The notes under the pieces: generated by a model
Seen by the model: the letters and a program-made list of their open reading frames with translations, nothing else
Databases searched by the model: none
Told to the model about the DNA's origin: nothing
Made by a program: the position numbers and the translations under genes
In this document: positions 8,822-19,259 of the stretch, in pieces
Layout of the letters: each line of letters starts with the position of its first letter
How positions within the stretch are numbered: the stretch's first letter is position 1
Assembly: GCA_002686085.1 (NCBI GenBank)
Contig: NZAC01000002.1
Location: 45,920-109,919 of the forward strand
Direction of reading: 5' to 3'
Origin: Roseibacillus sp.
Lineage (GTDB): Bacteria > Verrucomicrobiota > Verrucomicrobiia > Verrucomicrobiales > Akkermansiaceae
DNA: 64,000 nucleotides

Positions 8822-9745
8822 GTGGGATTAACAACGTATACTCAGGAGATCGAGGAAGGTGATGTAGAAAAGTTGCGAGAGCTTCTCAAGCGGGGTGGCT
8901 TTGAGATGCTGGTAAAGCCCTATGCCTATTACGGTGCCCGCAAAGGAAAGCTCAATGTAACGGTTTACGAGAAAGGGCCCAAAGTACTGATTCAAGGGAA
9001 AGATACGGAGGAGTTCGTAAAATTCATCTTGGAACCGGAAATCCTTGGCGAGGCCCGCCTAGGTTATGAAGAGGTGCATAACCCCGAAATGTTTCAGCCT
9101 CATTTCGGGATCGACGAGAGTGGAAAGGGTGATTATTTCGGCCCTCTGGTCATCGCGGGAGCCTATACCGACTCGGAGAGCACGCGGGCCCTGATGGAGG
9201 CTGGTGTCATGGATTCCAAAAGAGTGAGCTCCAGGGATAGGATCGTCAATTTGTCGGGAATTATCAGGAGAACTCAGGGAGTGAAGGTGTCGGTGATCTT
9301 GGTGGGTCCCAAGCGCTATAACGAACTCTATGAAAGATTTGCTAACCTGAATGAGTTACTGGCCTGGGGGCATGCAAAGGTGATCAAGGAGCTCTCCGAA
9401 CTTGTTCCTGGATGCCCTCGAGCCCTGAGTGATCAATTCGCCAACCCACGCGTCCTCGAGCGTGCTCTCGCGCGCCAAGAGGTGAACGTGAAGCTTCAGC
9501 AGCGGACGAAGGGTGAGAGCGATGTGGCTGTTGCAGCGGCGTCTATTTTAGCACGGGAGGCTTTTGTCCGGTGGATCGAGAATGCATCCGAAACTTGGGG
9601 CCTTGCTCTTCCTCTGGGGGCTGGTGCCCCCGTTCTCGCATCGGGCCGGGAATTTATCGCACTGCATGGAAGAGAGCGGTTGGCAGAGATTGCGAAATTT
9701 CATTTCAAGACCACAAATCAGTTGACCAGAACAGAAAATGAGTGA
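8822..9745 (+). CDS. rnhC: ribonuclease HIII
   Basis: 307 aa. It has the HIII-type active-site motif GIDESGKGDYFGPLVIAG, an N-terminal extension of about 85 aa, and a GTG start. Confidence 0.8.
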   Translation: MGLTTYTQEIEEGDVEKLRELLKRGGFEMLVKPYAYYGARKGKLNVTVYEKGPKVLIQGKDTEEFVKFILEPEILGEARLGYEEVHNPEMFQPHFGIDESGKGDYFGPLVIAGAYTDSESTRALMEAGVMDSKRVSSRDRIVNLSGIIRRTQGVKVSVILVGPKRYNELYERFANLNELLAWGHAKVIKELSELVPGCPRALSDQFANPRVLERALARQEVNVKLQQRTKGESDVAVAAASILAREAFVRWIENASETWGLALPLGAGAPVLASGREFIALHGRERLAEIAKFHFKTTNQLTRTENE

Positions 9746-9819
9746 GTTCTTATTCGTAGTGGCTTCTGTCGTTACATGCGGCACGGGGTGTGCTGTATAT
9801 AGAAATTGTAAGCGATTTA

Positions 9820-10149
9820 ATGTCTACGATTACGAAAAGAGATTTGGTTGTCCGGATCAGCAATGAGACGGGATTAACGCAGCAACAGGTTTTTGACGTG
9901 GTTCAAAAAACCCTCGATGCTGTCACCTTGGACCTTGCGCAGGGAAACACGGTGGTGATGAGGAATTTTGGCACTTTCGAGGTTCGCCAGACCAAGGCCA
10001 AGGTCGGGAGGAACCCAAAGGATCCAGGGAAGGATGTTCCGATCCCGCCCCGGGCAGTGGTGAAATTCAAGCCGGGAAAAGAGATGAAGGAAAAAGTGGC
10101 CCGGATTCTTCCATCTATCCAGCAGCAAGTCCAAGTCGATTTGGATTAG
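9820..10149 (+). CDS. HU/IHF-family DNA-binding protein
   Basis: FGTFEVRQTKAKVGRNPKDPGKDVPIPPRAVVKFKPG matches the HU/IHF beta-arm. The ATG at 9820 is chosen over the GTG at 9790. Confidence 0.8.
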   Translation: MSTITKRDLVVRISNETGLTQQQVFDVVQKTLDAVTLDLAQGNTVVMRNFGTFEVRQTKAKVGRNPKDPGKDVPIPPRAVVKFKPGKEMKEKVARILPSIQQQVQVDLD

Positions 10150-10163
10150 GGTTACACCTAAAA

Positions 10164-10197
10164 CCCTTCAGACGTCTCCCGAAGGGGGCTGATTTTC
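10164..10197 (+). terminator. possible weak intrinsic terminator after the HU/IHF-like gene
   Basis: CCCTTC (10164-10169) pairs with GAAGGG (10181-10186), followed by GGCTGATTTT. The loop is long and the T-tract is short. Confidence 0.3.
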
Positions 10198-10247
10198 CAG
10201 GCTGCTGATGAATTGTCACAGTGGTATGACTCTGTCACTATGACGGC

Positions 10248-10763
10248 ATGCGGAAATACCTCATGCTTGCTGTTGCCCTCGGCTCATTAATTTTGACCTC
10301 CTGTGGCGGGGGTGGCTACAGCGGCTATATGACCCGTTCTTACACGATTAAGGGCGTGCGATATAACCCCATGACCGTCGAGGAGGCTCTGAGCTACGAT
10401 GAGACGGGAATTGCCTCATGGTATGACGAGAGCAGTTTTTTTGGTTTTAAGAGAGGCGATTCTTCGCTGGGCGAAAAGGTGGGGCGTTTTGATGTTAGTG
10501 GAGCCCACAAGACTCTGCCGCTTCCGTGCAGGGTCAAAGTTACAAACCTGACAAATGGTAGATCCGTAACGATGCGGCTCAATGACCGCGGGCCTTTTAT
10601 CGCGGGAAGGATCATCGATGTCACTCCTCGAGCAGCAAAGAAGCTGGGATTCAAGGACCAGGGACTCACGAGAGTGCGGGTCGAATGCCTGAGCGTGGGA
10701 GACGGAAGATATAAGCGAAAGGCAAGGCGATCACGGGGAATACCATTTGTGCCCTTTTTGTAA
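10248..10763 (+). CDS. rlpA: septal ring lytic transglycosylase RlpA-family lipoprotein
   Basis: Lipoprotein signal LILTSCGG and a DPBB domain (ASWYDE...HKTLPLPCRVKVTNLTNGRSVTMRLNDRGPF). Confidence 0.8.
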   Translation: MRKYLMLAVALGSLILTSCGGGGYSGYMTRSYTIKGVRYNPMTVEEALSYDETGIASWYDESSFFGFKRGDSSLGEKVGRFDVSGAHKTLPLPCRVKVTNLTNGRSVTMRLNDRGPFIAGRIIDVTPRAAKKLGFKDQGLTRVRVECLSVGDGRYKRKARRSRGIPFVPFL

Positions 10764-10855
10764 GCGGAATGTGGCAACTGGCGGGTAAAGGGAAACGGTA
10801 AATTCACTGGTTCGCTGCGAGAAAAGCTGTTAGGAGCTCCGCCCCCCGACGAGAA

Positions 10856-11803
10856 ATGGCTCAGGAAGACATAACGGAAGTTCGCGTATTTGCCCCTGCC
10901 ACGGTGGCAAATGTAGCGTGTGGCTATGATGTTCTGGGCTTTGCCATTGAAGCGCCTGGAGATGAAGTAGTCGCAAGGCATTCGCCTGAACCGGGTTTAC
11001 GTATTGTAAAAATCACCGGGGATGATGGCAAACTTCCCATGGAGGTAACCCAGAACACTGCGGGGGTGGCGGCTCAGGATTTGCTGCGCCATCTGGGAAT
11101 GCTAGATCGCGGGGTCGAACTTGAGATTCACAAGAAGATGCCCTTTGGTAGCGGTCTGGGTTCCAGTGCTGCCAGCGCGGTTGCTGGAGTCTATGCCGTA
11201 AATAAATTGATTGGGGAGCCTTTGACCAAGAAGCAGCTTCTCCCTTTTGCGATGGCTGGAGAGTCGAGCGCGGATGGGGCGTGGCATGCGGATAATGTAG
11301 GGCCATGCCTTCTTGGAGGGATCGTATTCATCCGGTCGAATCAGGAATTGGACATGGCGCAATTACCAGGGCCGGAGAACCTCTGGGCGACGGTGGTACA
11401 TCCTGATATTGAGATTCTTACCAAGGTAGCGAGAGAGATCCTGCCGCTTGAGGTGCCCCTGGACAACGTCACACAGCAGGTAGGAAACCTGGGAGGATTG
11501 TTATGTGGATTGATCCAAGACGACTATGAGTTGATCAGTCGTTCAATACACGACGTGATTGCTGAACCGCGTCGCCAGAAACTGATTCCTGAGTTTTACC
11601 GTGCCAAGCGAGACGCCATGGCTGCGGGAGCTCTTGGGTTCAGCATATCGGGTGCGGGGCCGAGTGTATTCGCCCTGTGTGAAGGGGAAGAAACTGCTCG
11701 CCGCGTAGGGGAAGAGGTCTCGCGCGTGTTTTCAGAGGCTCCGATTCGTAGCCAAGTTTACGTATCGAGAATCAATCCTCGCGGAGTGTATGTAGTGGAC
11801 TAA
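10856..11803 (+). CDS. thrB: homoserine kinase
   Basis: GHMP kinase motif PFGSGLGSSAASAVAG, and thrC follows directly. Confidence 0.9.
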   Translation: MAQEDITEVRVFAPATVANVACGYDVLGFAIEAPGDEVVARHSPEPGLRIVKITGDDGKLPMEVTQNTAGVAAQDLLRHLGMLDRGVELEIHKKMPFGSGLGSSAASAVAGVYAVNKLIGEPLTKKQLLPFAMAGESSADGAWHADNVGPCLLGGIVFIRSNQELDMAQLPGPENLWATVVHPDIEILTKVAREILPLEVPLDNVTQQVGNLGGLLCGLIQDDYELISRSIHDVIAEPRRQKLIPEFYRAKRDAMAAGALGFSISGAGPSVFALCEGEETARRVGEEVSRVFSEAPIRSQVYVSRINPRGVYVVD

Positions 11804-11863
11804 TGCCCTGTAAGCCCGGGGGGCCGTGTCTTGAAGTAGAAACGAAATACCCATCCGTTTTCC

Positions 11864-13174
11864 GTGGCCCAGAAATTCTATAGTACTGCCTCAGCTGACA
11901 GGTTCGTCGATCTCAAGCAGGCGGTTTTGCGGTCGCTCCCTTCAGATAACGGGCTTTACATGCCTAGCGAAGTGCCACGACCGGATGAAGTATTGCAGCC
12001 GGGTTGGCGTGAGTGGTCTTTTGCAGAACTCAGTTACCGGGTAGCGTCAGCATTTTTTAACGCGTCCGTTCCGGAGCAGGATCTGCGTGACATGGTCGGG
12101 CAGGCTATTAATTTTGATGCTCCGCTGGTGAAGATAGCGGAGGGCATGAATATTCTGGAGCTCTTTCATGGCCCCTCGCTGGCGTTTAAGGATTTCGGTG
12201 CTCGTTTCATGGCGCGGCTCATGGGCTGGCTGACTCGCGAAGATGATCGCGAGTTGACGGTGCTGGTGGCAACCTCTGGAGATACCGGTGGAGCAGTAGC
12301 CAGTGCGTTCCACCGGGTGACAGGGACAAGGGTCGTGGTGCTTTATCCCAGCGGGAAAGTCAGTGCCCTTCAGGAAAAACAACTCACTACTCTTGGGGAC
12401 AACGTCACGGCGCTCGAGGTGAGGGGCTCTTTCGATGATTGTCAGCGATTGGTCAAAGCAGCGTTTCTTGATGAGGCTCTTTCGGAGAAACTGAACCTGA
12501 CGTCTGCCAATTCGATCAATATTGCCCGGCTGCTTCCGCAGGCGTTTTACTACTTCCGCGCAGCTCAGCAGATGCCTGAAGAATCGAAGCCTGTTTTTGT
12601 CGTCCCGAGCGGTAATTTTGGGAACCTGACTGCAGGACTTCTGGCCCGCCAGATGGGTCTCCCTGTCAGCCATTTTGTGGCAGCTACAAACCTCAATGAT
12701 GTGGTTCCGGCCTACCTAAGAAGCGGTCATTATGAGCCGCGGCCCAGCCTTCGTACTATTTCTAACGCAATGGACGTCGGGGCTCCCAGCAACTTTGTCC
12801 GGATCCTTGAGCTGCATGGCCGGGAGCACAGCCGAGTCACCGACCAGATTTCTGGTTTTCACTTTGATGATCATGCTACCAGAGAAGCTATCAGAGAAGT
12901 CAGGGAGACCACTGGCTACGTGATCGATCCTCATGGAGCAGTGGGCTATCTCGCCGCTAAGCAGTGGAGAAGAGATTCCCCAGAGGACGAAATGGTTATC
13001 CTGGAGACAGCCCACCCCTCCAAATTTCTCGACGTGATGGAGGAGGAACTAGGCTCTGGCGCTGTGGAAATCCCTGAGCGTCTTGCATGCCTTGCAACAC
13101 GGGAAAAAATAGCAATTGAGCTGGGAGCTCAGGAGGGTCCTTTTCTCGATTGGTTGTCGGGAATGATCTCCTGA
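11864..13174 (+). CDS. thrC: threonine synthase
   Basis: PLP-lysine region FHGPSLAFKDFGARFMA. It has a GTG start and lies immediately after thrB. Confidence 0.9.
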   Translation: MAQKFYSTASADRFVDLKQAVLRSLPSDNGLYMPSEVPRPDEVLQPGWREWSFAELSYRVASAFFNASVPEQDLRDMVGQAINFDAPLVKIAEGMNILELFHGPSLAFKDFGARFMARLMGWLTREDDRELTVLVATSGDTGGAVASAFHRVTGTRVVVLYPSGKVSALQEKQLTTLGDNVTALEVRGSFDDCQRLVKAAFLDEALSEKLNLTSANSINIARLLPQAFYYFRAAQQMPEESKPVFVVPSGNFGNLTAGLLARQMGLPVSHFVAATNLNDVVPAYLRSGHYEPRPSLRTISNAMDVGAPSNFVRILELHGREHSRVTDQISGFHFDDHATREAIREVRETTGYVIDPHGAVGYLAAKQWRRDSPEDEMVILETAHPSKFLDVMEEELGSGAVEIPERLACLATREKIAIELGAQEGPFLDWLSGMIS

Positions 13175-13193
13175 ACCGGACCGGGCGGCAAAT

Positions 13194-13970
13194 TCAGCTT
13201 CCGAAAGGAGCAATGATCAACTCATCCCCTGGGTTTATCTCAGGCGCTTCGCCATCAGGAAATGTGCCGCGGACAGGATTTGCAGAGGCCTGATTCTTGT
13301 CGGTATAGATGTGATCCACCATGAGACGGCCGTAAATGCCAGATTGCCTGCGGATAGCGAGAATTGTCCCAGGCGGCATATCCCGGTGAAGCTCAATGAT
13401 GGCAAACCCTCCCGACTGCTGGTCTGGTTGCTTGGCAACCCACTCGATGACCTTGGCCTGAAGCCAGGCCTGTTTGACAGTTGAGGCCCGGGCTTTCTGC
13501 TTTTCCGCAGATTCAATCATGCTCTTGGAGATTAGTCCCTCCCGAGCTTCCCTTTTCAAAAGCTCATTTTCCTGCTCTGCTTTTGCGAGCTCCTCTTCCA
13601 GCTGGGCTCGTGTTGGAGCGGAGGTTCCGTCCGCAGTGTCTGGTGCCGTAATTGGATCGGAGGGAATATCCTCGGGGCTCGCCTCGGCCGTTCTGGGAGT
13701 AGACTCAGATTCGGGAGGAGAAGGGCTTATGCCCGTTGGTGGGGTGATTTCCGGTGACGGATCGAGGCTCGGCGTGGAAAGAGGATTTGGTAATGAAGCA
13801 GAAGGTGTCTGGGTGAGTTGGGCCTGTTGTGCATTCAGGAGGTCGAGCTCCGCCCGCAGCTTCCTGATCTCCGCTTCTTCATCACCTTTACCCATTTTCA
13901 TGACGGAGAGGGCCACGGCAACCACGAGAAGTAAGCCGGTTGCTCCCAGAAGCGTGGTGATCAGATTCAT
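13194..13970 (-). CDS. hypothetical membrane-anchored coiled-coil / Pro-Ser-Thr-rich protein
   Basis: The ATG at 13970 gives an immediate TM helix (MNLITTLLGATGLLLVVAVALSV). A coiled coil, a P/S/T-rich linker and a small C-terminal domain follow. I recognise no family. Confidence 0.5.
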   Translation of the reverse strand: MNLITTLLGATGLLLVVAVALSVMKMGKGDEEAEIRKLRAELDLLNAQQAQLTQTPSASLPNPLSTPSLDPSPEITPPTGISPSPPESESTPRTAEASPEDIPSDPITAPDTADGTSAPTRAQLEEELAKAEQENELLKREAREGLISKSMIESAEKQKARASTVKQAWLQAKVIEWVAKQPDQQSGGFAIIELHRDMPPGTILAIRRQSGIYGRLMVDHIYTDKNQASANPVRGTFPDGEAPEINPGDELIIAPFGS

Positions 13971-14082
13971 GCCTAAAGTCTGGGATATCCTCGTGAAAAA
14001 GTCAAAAACCCAGCTTGGATACCTGCAATGACGGGGCACGCAGGGCTTGCGGCGGCGGGAGTGCGCCGCTACAGGAAGGCCG

Positions 14083-16860
14083 ATGAGCGCTCCGGAGAAG
14101 GGCTACAAGGGTACATTATCGCTGCCGCAGACGAGTTTCCCGATGCGAGGGGATCTCGTGAAAAACGAGCCCGAGCGCCTCGCGCAGTGGGAGAGGGACG
14201 GCATTTACCAGAAGATCATCGCCCGTCGCCGGTCGGAGGGAGCGCCAAAATTCATCCTGCATGATGGGCCTCCGTTTGCGAATGGGGATGTGCATATGGG
14301 GACTGCGCTCAACAAGGTCCTCAAGGACCTTGTTGCGAAATCAAGGACCATGTCGGGGTATGAGGTCCCATTCATTCCGGGTTGGGATTGTCATGGCCTT
14401 CCCATTGAATTCAAGGTGGTACAAGAGGCACGGGATGAGGAGCCTGCTGAGATTCGGAGACGTTGTGAGCGCTTTGCGCGGAAGTGGATCGACACCCAGA
14501 GGGAAAGTTTCCAGCGCCTTGGAGTGTTCGGGGACTGGGCAAACCCCTATCTCACCCTCGATCCCAGCTACGAGGCGGAAATTATTCGTGTTTTTGCCAA
14601 GCTGGTCGAGAGGGGCGCAGTGTATCAGAGCAAGAAGCCGGTGCAGTGGTCCTATGGTGCTCATACGGCTCTCGCAGAGGCAGAGGTGGAGTACAAGGAG
14701 AAGATAAGTCCTGCGATCTGGGTGCCCTTTGCCTTAACGGAAGAGTCGGAAAGTAAGTTTTGTGAAGCGACGGGTTCAGTCTCGGAGCAATCTCACAAGT
14801 TCGTTATCTGGACGACAACGCCATGGACCCTGCCCGCCAACGTAGGACTAGCGGTGCACCGGGATTTTACCTACCTGGCCGGAGCCTTTGAGAATCAGGA
14901 GGGAGTGAGTCACCGGCTTGTCCTTGCGAAGGACCTCTTGGAAGAGTTCACCGCCAAGACTGGGTTCGCCCCGCATGGCGAGATGGTTGAATTCAAAGGA
15001 GCTCTCGCCGAAGGCCTTGAGGCCCAGCATCCCTTTCTGCCACGCGCTTCACGAATCATTCTGGGGTCCTTTGTCACGACCGAGACGGGGACAGGCATCG
15101 TACATGTAGCACCGGGGCATGGAGCAGACGACTATGTGGCGGGCAGGGAGTATGGGCTTGAGGTAGTCTCACCGGTAGATAGTGATGGGAAATTTACAGA
15201 AGAGGTCGGTATCCCTGATCTTGTAGGGCGGCATGTCTTCGAGAGTAATGAAGAGATTATAGGTATGCTGGCAGGTTTGTCTGTTCTTCTGGGTCGAGAA
15301 GAATACCGGCACGACTACCCGCACTGCTGGCGCTCCAAGACGCCAATTATCTTTCGCGCCGTTGAACAGTTCTTTATCTCGTTGGATGGGCTTCGAGACA
15401 CCGCGCTTTCCGAAATTGATCAAACAGAGTGGTTGCCTCACTGGGGACGGAATCGGATTTACGGAACCGTGGAATCCCGTCCGGACTGGTGTATCAGCCG
15501 CCAACGGACCTGGGGAGTCCCGCTTCCCGTGTTCTTCACTGCTGAGGGCGAAGTGCTTCTTGATGCGGACCTCGCTCGAAAGGTCGCAGATCTGGTGGAG
15601 AAGGAGGGAACCAATATCTGGTTTGAGCTCGAAGAGGCTGATCTGGTAAGTCGCCTGGGGTTACCAGAGGGCACTCGTAAATGCAGGGATACTCTGGATG
15701 TCTGGATTGACTCGGGAAGCAGCCACGTTGCGGTTCTGGACCGTCATGCAGAGTTAGAGAGCCCGGCACATCTCTACCTCGAGGCGACTGATCAGCATCG
15801 GGGATGGTTCCAGAGCTCCCTTATGTTGAGCGTGGCCTATCGTGGTTGTGCGCCCTATAAAACGGTGATGACCCACGGCTTCGTGGTCGATAAGGACAAA
15901 AAGGGAAAGCTCTCCAAGAGCGAGGCCGAGAAGTCCGGCAAGCCTATTGATGCAGCTCACTATTACAACAAGTACGGCGCGGATATCCTGCGACTCTGGG
16001 TCAGCAGCGTTGACTGGCAGAGTGAGGTGCCCTTCGGGGAGGATCTGTTCAAGCAGGTTGCAGAGCCCTACCGCCGGATTCGTAACACTCTGAGGATCCT
16101 GCTGGGTAATTTACACGGGTTTGATCCGGAGCGGAACTCGGTGGATCCGGGCAAGATGACATTGGTGGACCGGTGGATTCTTGAATGTCTGAATGAAGTG
16201 GTAAGAGAATGCCGGCGAGCCTATGACGCCTATGAATTTCGGAAAGTATTCACGGTAATCAATCAATTCTGTGCCCGAGAACTGAGCGCGGTGTATATCG
16301 ACCTTACCAAGGACCGACTCTACTGTGACCGGGAAGATTCTGATCGTCGCCGGGCAAGTCAGACGGCCATGAACAGCGTCGTCGATGTTCTAACGCGGCT
16401 TTTAGCTCCTATCCTGGCCTTCACTGCGGAGGAGGCATGGGAGCATGCGGGACGGGAGGGAAGTGTACACGAACAGGATTTCCCCACACCGGACCAGCGC
16501 TTTGATGGCCGGGAAGCCACAGACGAGGTTAATAAGCTGCTCGAGCTCCGAGAAGTCATCCAGAACGCGATTGAAGTAGAAGTACAGGCGAAGGTCTTCA
16601 ACAAGAATAACGAGGCAGCAGTCGAGCTGACCCTCCCCGCGGATCATGAATTGCGTGAGCTCCTGAGTGATCGTGATTTCTTCACGGAGTTCTTCATTAT
16701 CTCAGACCTTAAGCTCGTCGAGGGTGACCGGATTTCCGCCAAGGCGAAGAAGACCGAGTATCCTATGTGTCCGCGTTGCCGGCGCTATGAACCACCAGCT
16801 GCGACAGGCGAAGAAGGATTGTGTCGCCGGTGCGAGGAGGTTATGTCCAGCACTGAGTGA
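14083..16860 (+). CDS. ileS: isoleucine--tRNA ligase
   Basis: HIGH-type motif PPFANGDVHMG, KMSKS-type motif KLSKS, and a C-terminal zinc finger (CPRCRR...CRRC). The ATG at 14083 follows AGGAAGG. Confidence 0.95.
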   Translation: MSAPEKGYKGTLSLPQTSFPMRGDLVKNEPERLAQWERDGIYQKIIARRRSEGAPKFILHDGPPFANGDVHMGTALNKVLKDLVAKSRTMSGYEVPFIPGWDCHGLPIEFKVVQEARDEEPAEIRRRCERFARKWIDTQRESFQRLGVFGDWANPYLTLDPSYEAEIIRVFAKLVERGAVYQSKKPVQWSYGAHTALAEAEVEYKEKISPAIWVPFALTEESESKFCEATGSVSEQSHKFVIWTTTPWTLPANVGLAVHRDFTYLAGAFENQEGVSHRLVLAKDLLEEFTAKTGFAPHGEMVEFKGALAEGLEAQHPFLPRASRIILGSFVTTETGTGIVHVAPGHGADDYVAGREYGLEVVSPVDSDGKFTEEVGIPDLVGRHVFESNEEIIGMLAGLSVLLGREEYRHDYPHCWRSKTPIIFRAVEQFFISLDGLRDTALSEIDQTEWLPHWGRNRIYGTVESRPDWCISRQRTWGVPLPVFFTAEGEVLLDADLARKVADLVEKEGTNIWFELEEADLVSRLGLPEGTRKCRDTLDVWIDSGSSHVAVLDRHAELESPAHLYLEATDQHRGWFQSSLMLSVAYRGCAPYKTVMTHGFVVDKDKKGKLSKSEAEKSGKPIDAAHYYNKYGADILRLWVSSVDWQSEVPFGEDLFKQVAEPYRRIRNTLRILLGNLHGFDPERNSVDPGKMTLVDRWILECLNEVVRECRRAYDAYEFRKVFTVINQFCARELSAVYIDLTKDRLYCDREDSDRRRASQTAMNSVVDVLTRLLAPILAFTAEEAWEHAGREGSVHEQDFPTPDQRFDGREATDEVNKLLELREVIQNAIEVEVQAKVFNKNNEAAVELTLPADHELRELLSDRDFFTEFFIISDLKLVEGDRISAKAKKTEYPMCPRCRRYEPPAATGEEGLCRRCEEVMSSTE

Positions 16861-17462
16861 TGAAGACCTTTCCCCGCCTCCTGCTCTTACTGGTGCTGCC
16901 CCTTTATGCGCTGGACCAGATCACGAAGTGGATCGTAGTTCTTAAATTTGAGGCGCCAGCTCCCGGATTTAACGTGTCTCATCAGAATCACGTTGTGATC
17001 GAGGATTTCTTCACGATTGTCCGAGTGCATAATCAGGGGGCGGCTTTCGGAATGGGAAATGATACGGCATGGGCGCCCTTTGTCTTTTTCTTCATTGCGG
17101 TAGTCGCACTTGGGCTGATCCCCTTCTTCTGGCGGCGGGGTGCTTTTAATATTCTCCCCCTTAGGCTGGCTGCAGGGCTCATGATGGCGGGGATTCTGGG
17201 CAACCTGACTGACCGGATGCTCCAGGGATTTTTTCTTCCTGCTTACGAGAATGCTGGTTTCTTTGCCCGGCTGGCGCAGGGCTATGTTGTTGATTTCCTC
17301 GATTTCAATATCGGGCTGGAAACCAAATTGACTCCGCATGGGCACTGGCCCTCCTTCAATGTTGCAGATTCGTGTATATGCGTGGCTGCATTTTTTCTGA
17401 TTCTCTCGACGTTTCGGGCGGAGGAAAAAGGTGAAGACGAGGGAGGAGGGAAGAGTAAATGA
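16860..17462 (+). CDS. lspA: signal peptidase II (lipoprotein signal peptidase)
   Basis: Conserved ileS-lspA linkage, multi-TM protein, FNVADSCICVAAFFLIL region. The start overlaps the ileS stop (GTGATG). Confidence 0.85.
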   Translation: MKTFPRLLLLLVLPLYALDQITKWIVVLKFEAPAPGFNVSHQNHVVIEDFFTIVRVHNQGAAFGMGNDTAWAPFVFFFIAVVALGLIPFFWRRGAFNILPLRLAAGLMMAGILGNLTDRMLQGFFLPAYENAGFFARLAQGYVVDFLDFNIGLETKLTPHGHWPSFNVADSCICVAAFFLILSTFRAEEKGEDEGGGKSK

Positions 17463-17560
17463 TATGCCACCGAGTCGTTGGGACCGGTTCAAATAGTATC
17501 CTTGGACTACGGAAAAGCTTCAGCGGAGAAAGACTGGAAATCGTTATGAAGGGCTAGAAA

Positions 17561-18361
17561 ATGGAGATCTGGAAAGCCATTCTGGTCGGAATCGTGCAGG
17601 GACTCTCCGAGTTTCTTCCAGTGTCGTCGTCGGGGCATATCGCACTACTCCAGCACGCCCTCGGGATGCGGGAGGCCGGAGAGGGAGCCCAACAGGATAT
17701 TACGTTCGAGCTAATACTCCATCTGGGAACCTTTCTTAGTGTCGTCATTTATTTCCGGAGACGCTTAGCAGGACTTCTATTGTGCCTGTGGCAGAAGGAA
17801 CGGAAAGAGGATCGAACCATGATCCTGTGGTTGATCATGGCCACTGTGCCGGCTACCGTGGCGTTTTTCTCTGCGAAGGACCTTTTTGAGGGAGCCTACG
17901 ATAATCCGGTCCTTGTAGGCGGATGCCTTCTAGTCACCGGTGTGATTCTTCTCCTGCCCAAACTCTTTGCCCGGGAGAGCCGGGAGTTCGGCATGCGGCA
18001 GGCGATCTGGATGGGCGTAGCGCAGTCGCTAGCTATCCTGCCAGGAATTTCGCGGAGTGGGGCTACTATTACTGCAGGTCTCCTTGCGGGAGGCAAGGCC
18101 TCGAAGGCGGCAGAATTTTCCTTCCTCATGTTCTTGCCCGCGATTGGAGGGGGAACGCTCCTCAAGCTTCGTGAGCTGAAAGATGTCATGCAGGGGGAAG
18201 CCGCCGCTGCCTATCTTCTTGGGTTTATGGCGGCCTTTGTTTCGGGCCTCTTTGCGGTCTATCTCGTTCTCAAAACCATTCAGAAGGGCAAGTTCGAATA
18301 CTTTGGCTACTATTGTTTCCTGGTCGGGGTCGTGGCCATGATCTACTTTGGCAACCGCTGA
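17561..18361 (+). CDS. uppP: undecaprenyl-diphosphate phosphatase
   Basis: [17 protein letters not shown] and [10 protein letters not shown] motifs. Confidence 0.9.
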   Translation: MEIWKAILVGIVQGLSEFLPVSSSGHIALLQHALGMREAGEGAQQDITFELILHLGTFLSVVIYFRRRLAGLLLCLWQKERKEDRTMILWLIMATVPATVAFFSAKDLFEGAYDNPVLVGGCLLVTGVILLLPKLFARESREFGMRQAIWMGVAQSLAILPGISRSGATITAGLLAGGKASKAAEFSFLMFLPAIGGGTLLKLRELKDVMQGEAAAAYLLGFMAAFVSGLFAVYLVLKTIQKGKFEYFGYYCFLVGVVAMIYFGNR

Positions 18362-18446
18362 AAGGCTGATCTTTCCCCAGACGTGGAGTAGTGAGGTAGA
18401 CGAGGAGTTGGCAAATGAAGGGGATTGGTCATATTCGGGCCACCGC

Positions 18447-19241
18447 ATGTTGGCCAAACGCATTATTCCCTGCCTCGATGTCACGGATGGTCGTGTCGTA
18501 AAAGGGGTGAATTTTGTCGGTCTCCGGGATGCTGGAGACCCTGTCGATTGCGCAGTGGCATACAACGACCAGGAGGCGGATGAAATCGTGTTTCTCGATA
18601 TTACAGCTTCTTCTGATGAACGTGACACGATGTTGGAGGTTGTGCGTAGAACGGCGGAGCGCTGCTTTGTTCCGCTGACGGTAGGGGGCGGTATCCGCGA
18701 GGTGGAGGACATGCGAAGAATGTTATTCGCAGGAGCCGACAAGGTTGGCGTGAACACCGCTGCGATCAACCGTCCGGAGGTTGTCGATGAGGGAGCAGGC
18801 ACTTTCGGAAGCCAAGCGATCGTAGTCGCGATCGATGCCAAGCGGCAGGGTTCTGACAAGTGGGGAGTCTATACCCATGGTGGGAGGAATCCAGTGGAGG
18901 GACTCGATGCGATCGAGTGGGCTCGTGAGGTGTATAATCGTGGTGCTGGTGAGATTCTTCTCACCAGTATGGATGCGGACGGGACCAAGGATGGCTATGA
19001 TATTGAGCTGACGCGTGCTGTTAGTGATGCAGTCGGAATTCCTGTGATTGCCAGTGGAGGTTGTGGGACCCTTGATCACATGGTGGATGTATTGCGCGAT
19101 GGGAATGCTGACGCGGTTTTGGCCGCCAGCATTTTTCACTTTGGAGAGTTCACGGTCCCGGAAACCAAAAAATACCTTCAGGAACGTGGCATTCCAGTGC
19201 GCCCAGAATTTGAAACTCAGTGTGAGGAAGAGGCCGAGTAA
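18447..19241 (+). CDS. hisF: imidazole glycerol phosphate synthase cyclase subunit
   Basis: [12 protein letters not shown] start typical of HisF, and (beta/alpha)8 motifs ([13 protein letters not shown]). The ORF-track start at 18348 overlaps uppP and is probably too long. Confidence 0.9.
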   Translation: MLAKRIIPCLDVTDGRVVKGVNFVGLRDAGDPVDCAVAYNDQEADEIVFLDITASSDERDTMLEVVRRTAERCFVPLTVGGGIREVEDMRRMLFAGADKVGVNTAAINRPEVVDEGAGTFGSQAIVVAIDAKRQGSDKWGVYTHGGRNPVEGLDAIEWAREVYNRGAGEILLTSMDADGTKDGYDIELTRAVSDAVGIPVIASGGCGTLDHMVDVLRDGNADAVLAASIFHFGEFTVPETKKYLQERGIPVRPEFETQCEEEAE

Positions 19242-19259
19242 ACGTCTTTTCTTGGGGCG

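Noticed and set aside
18029-18859. 276-aa minus-strand ORF overlapping uppP and hisF.
   Set aside because: It is antisense to two well-supported conserved genes and has a shadow-ORF composition rich in S, P, R and T.
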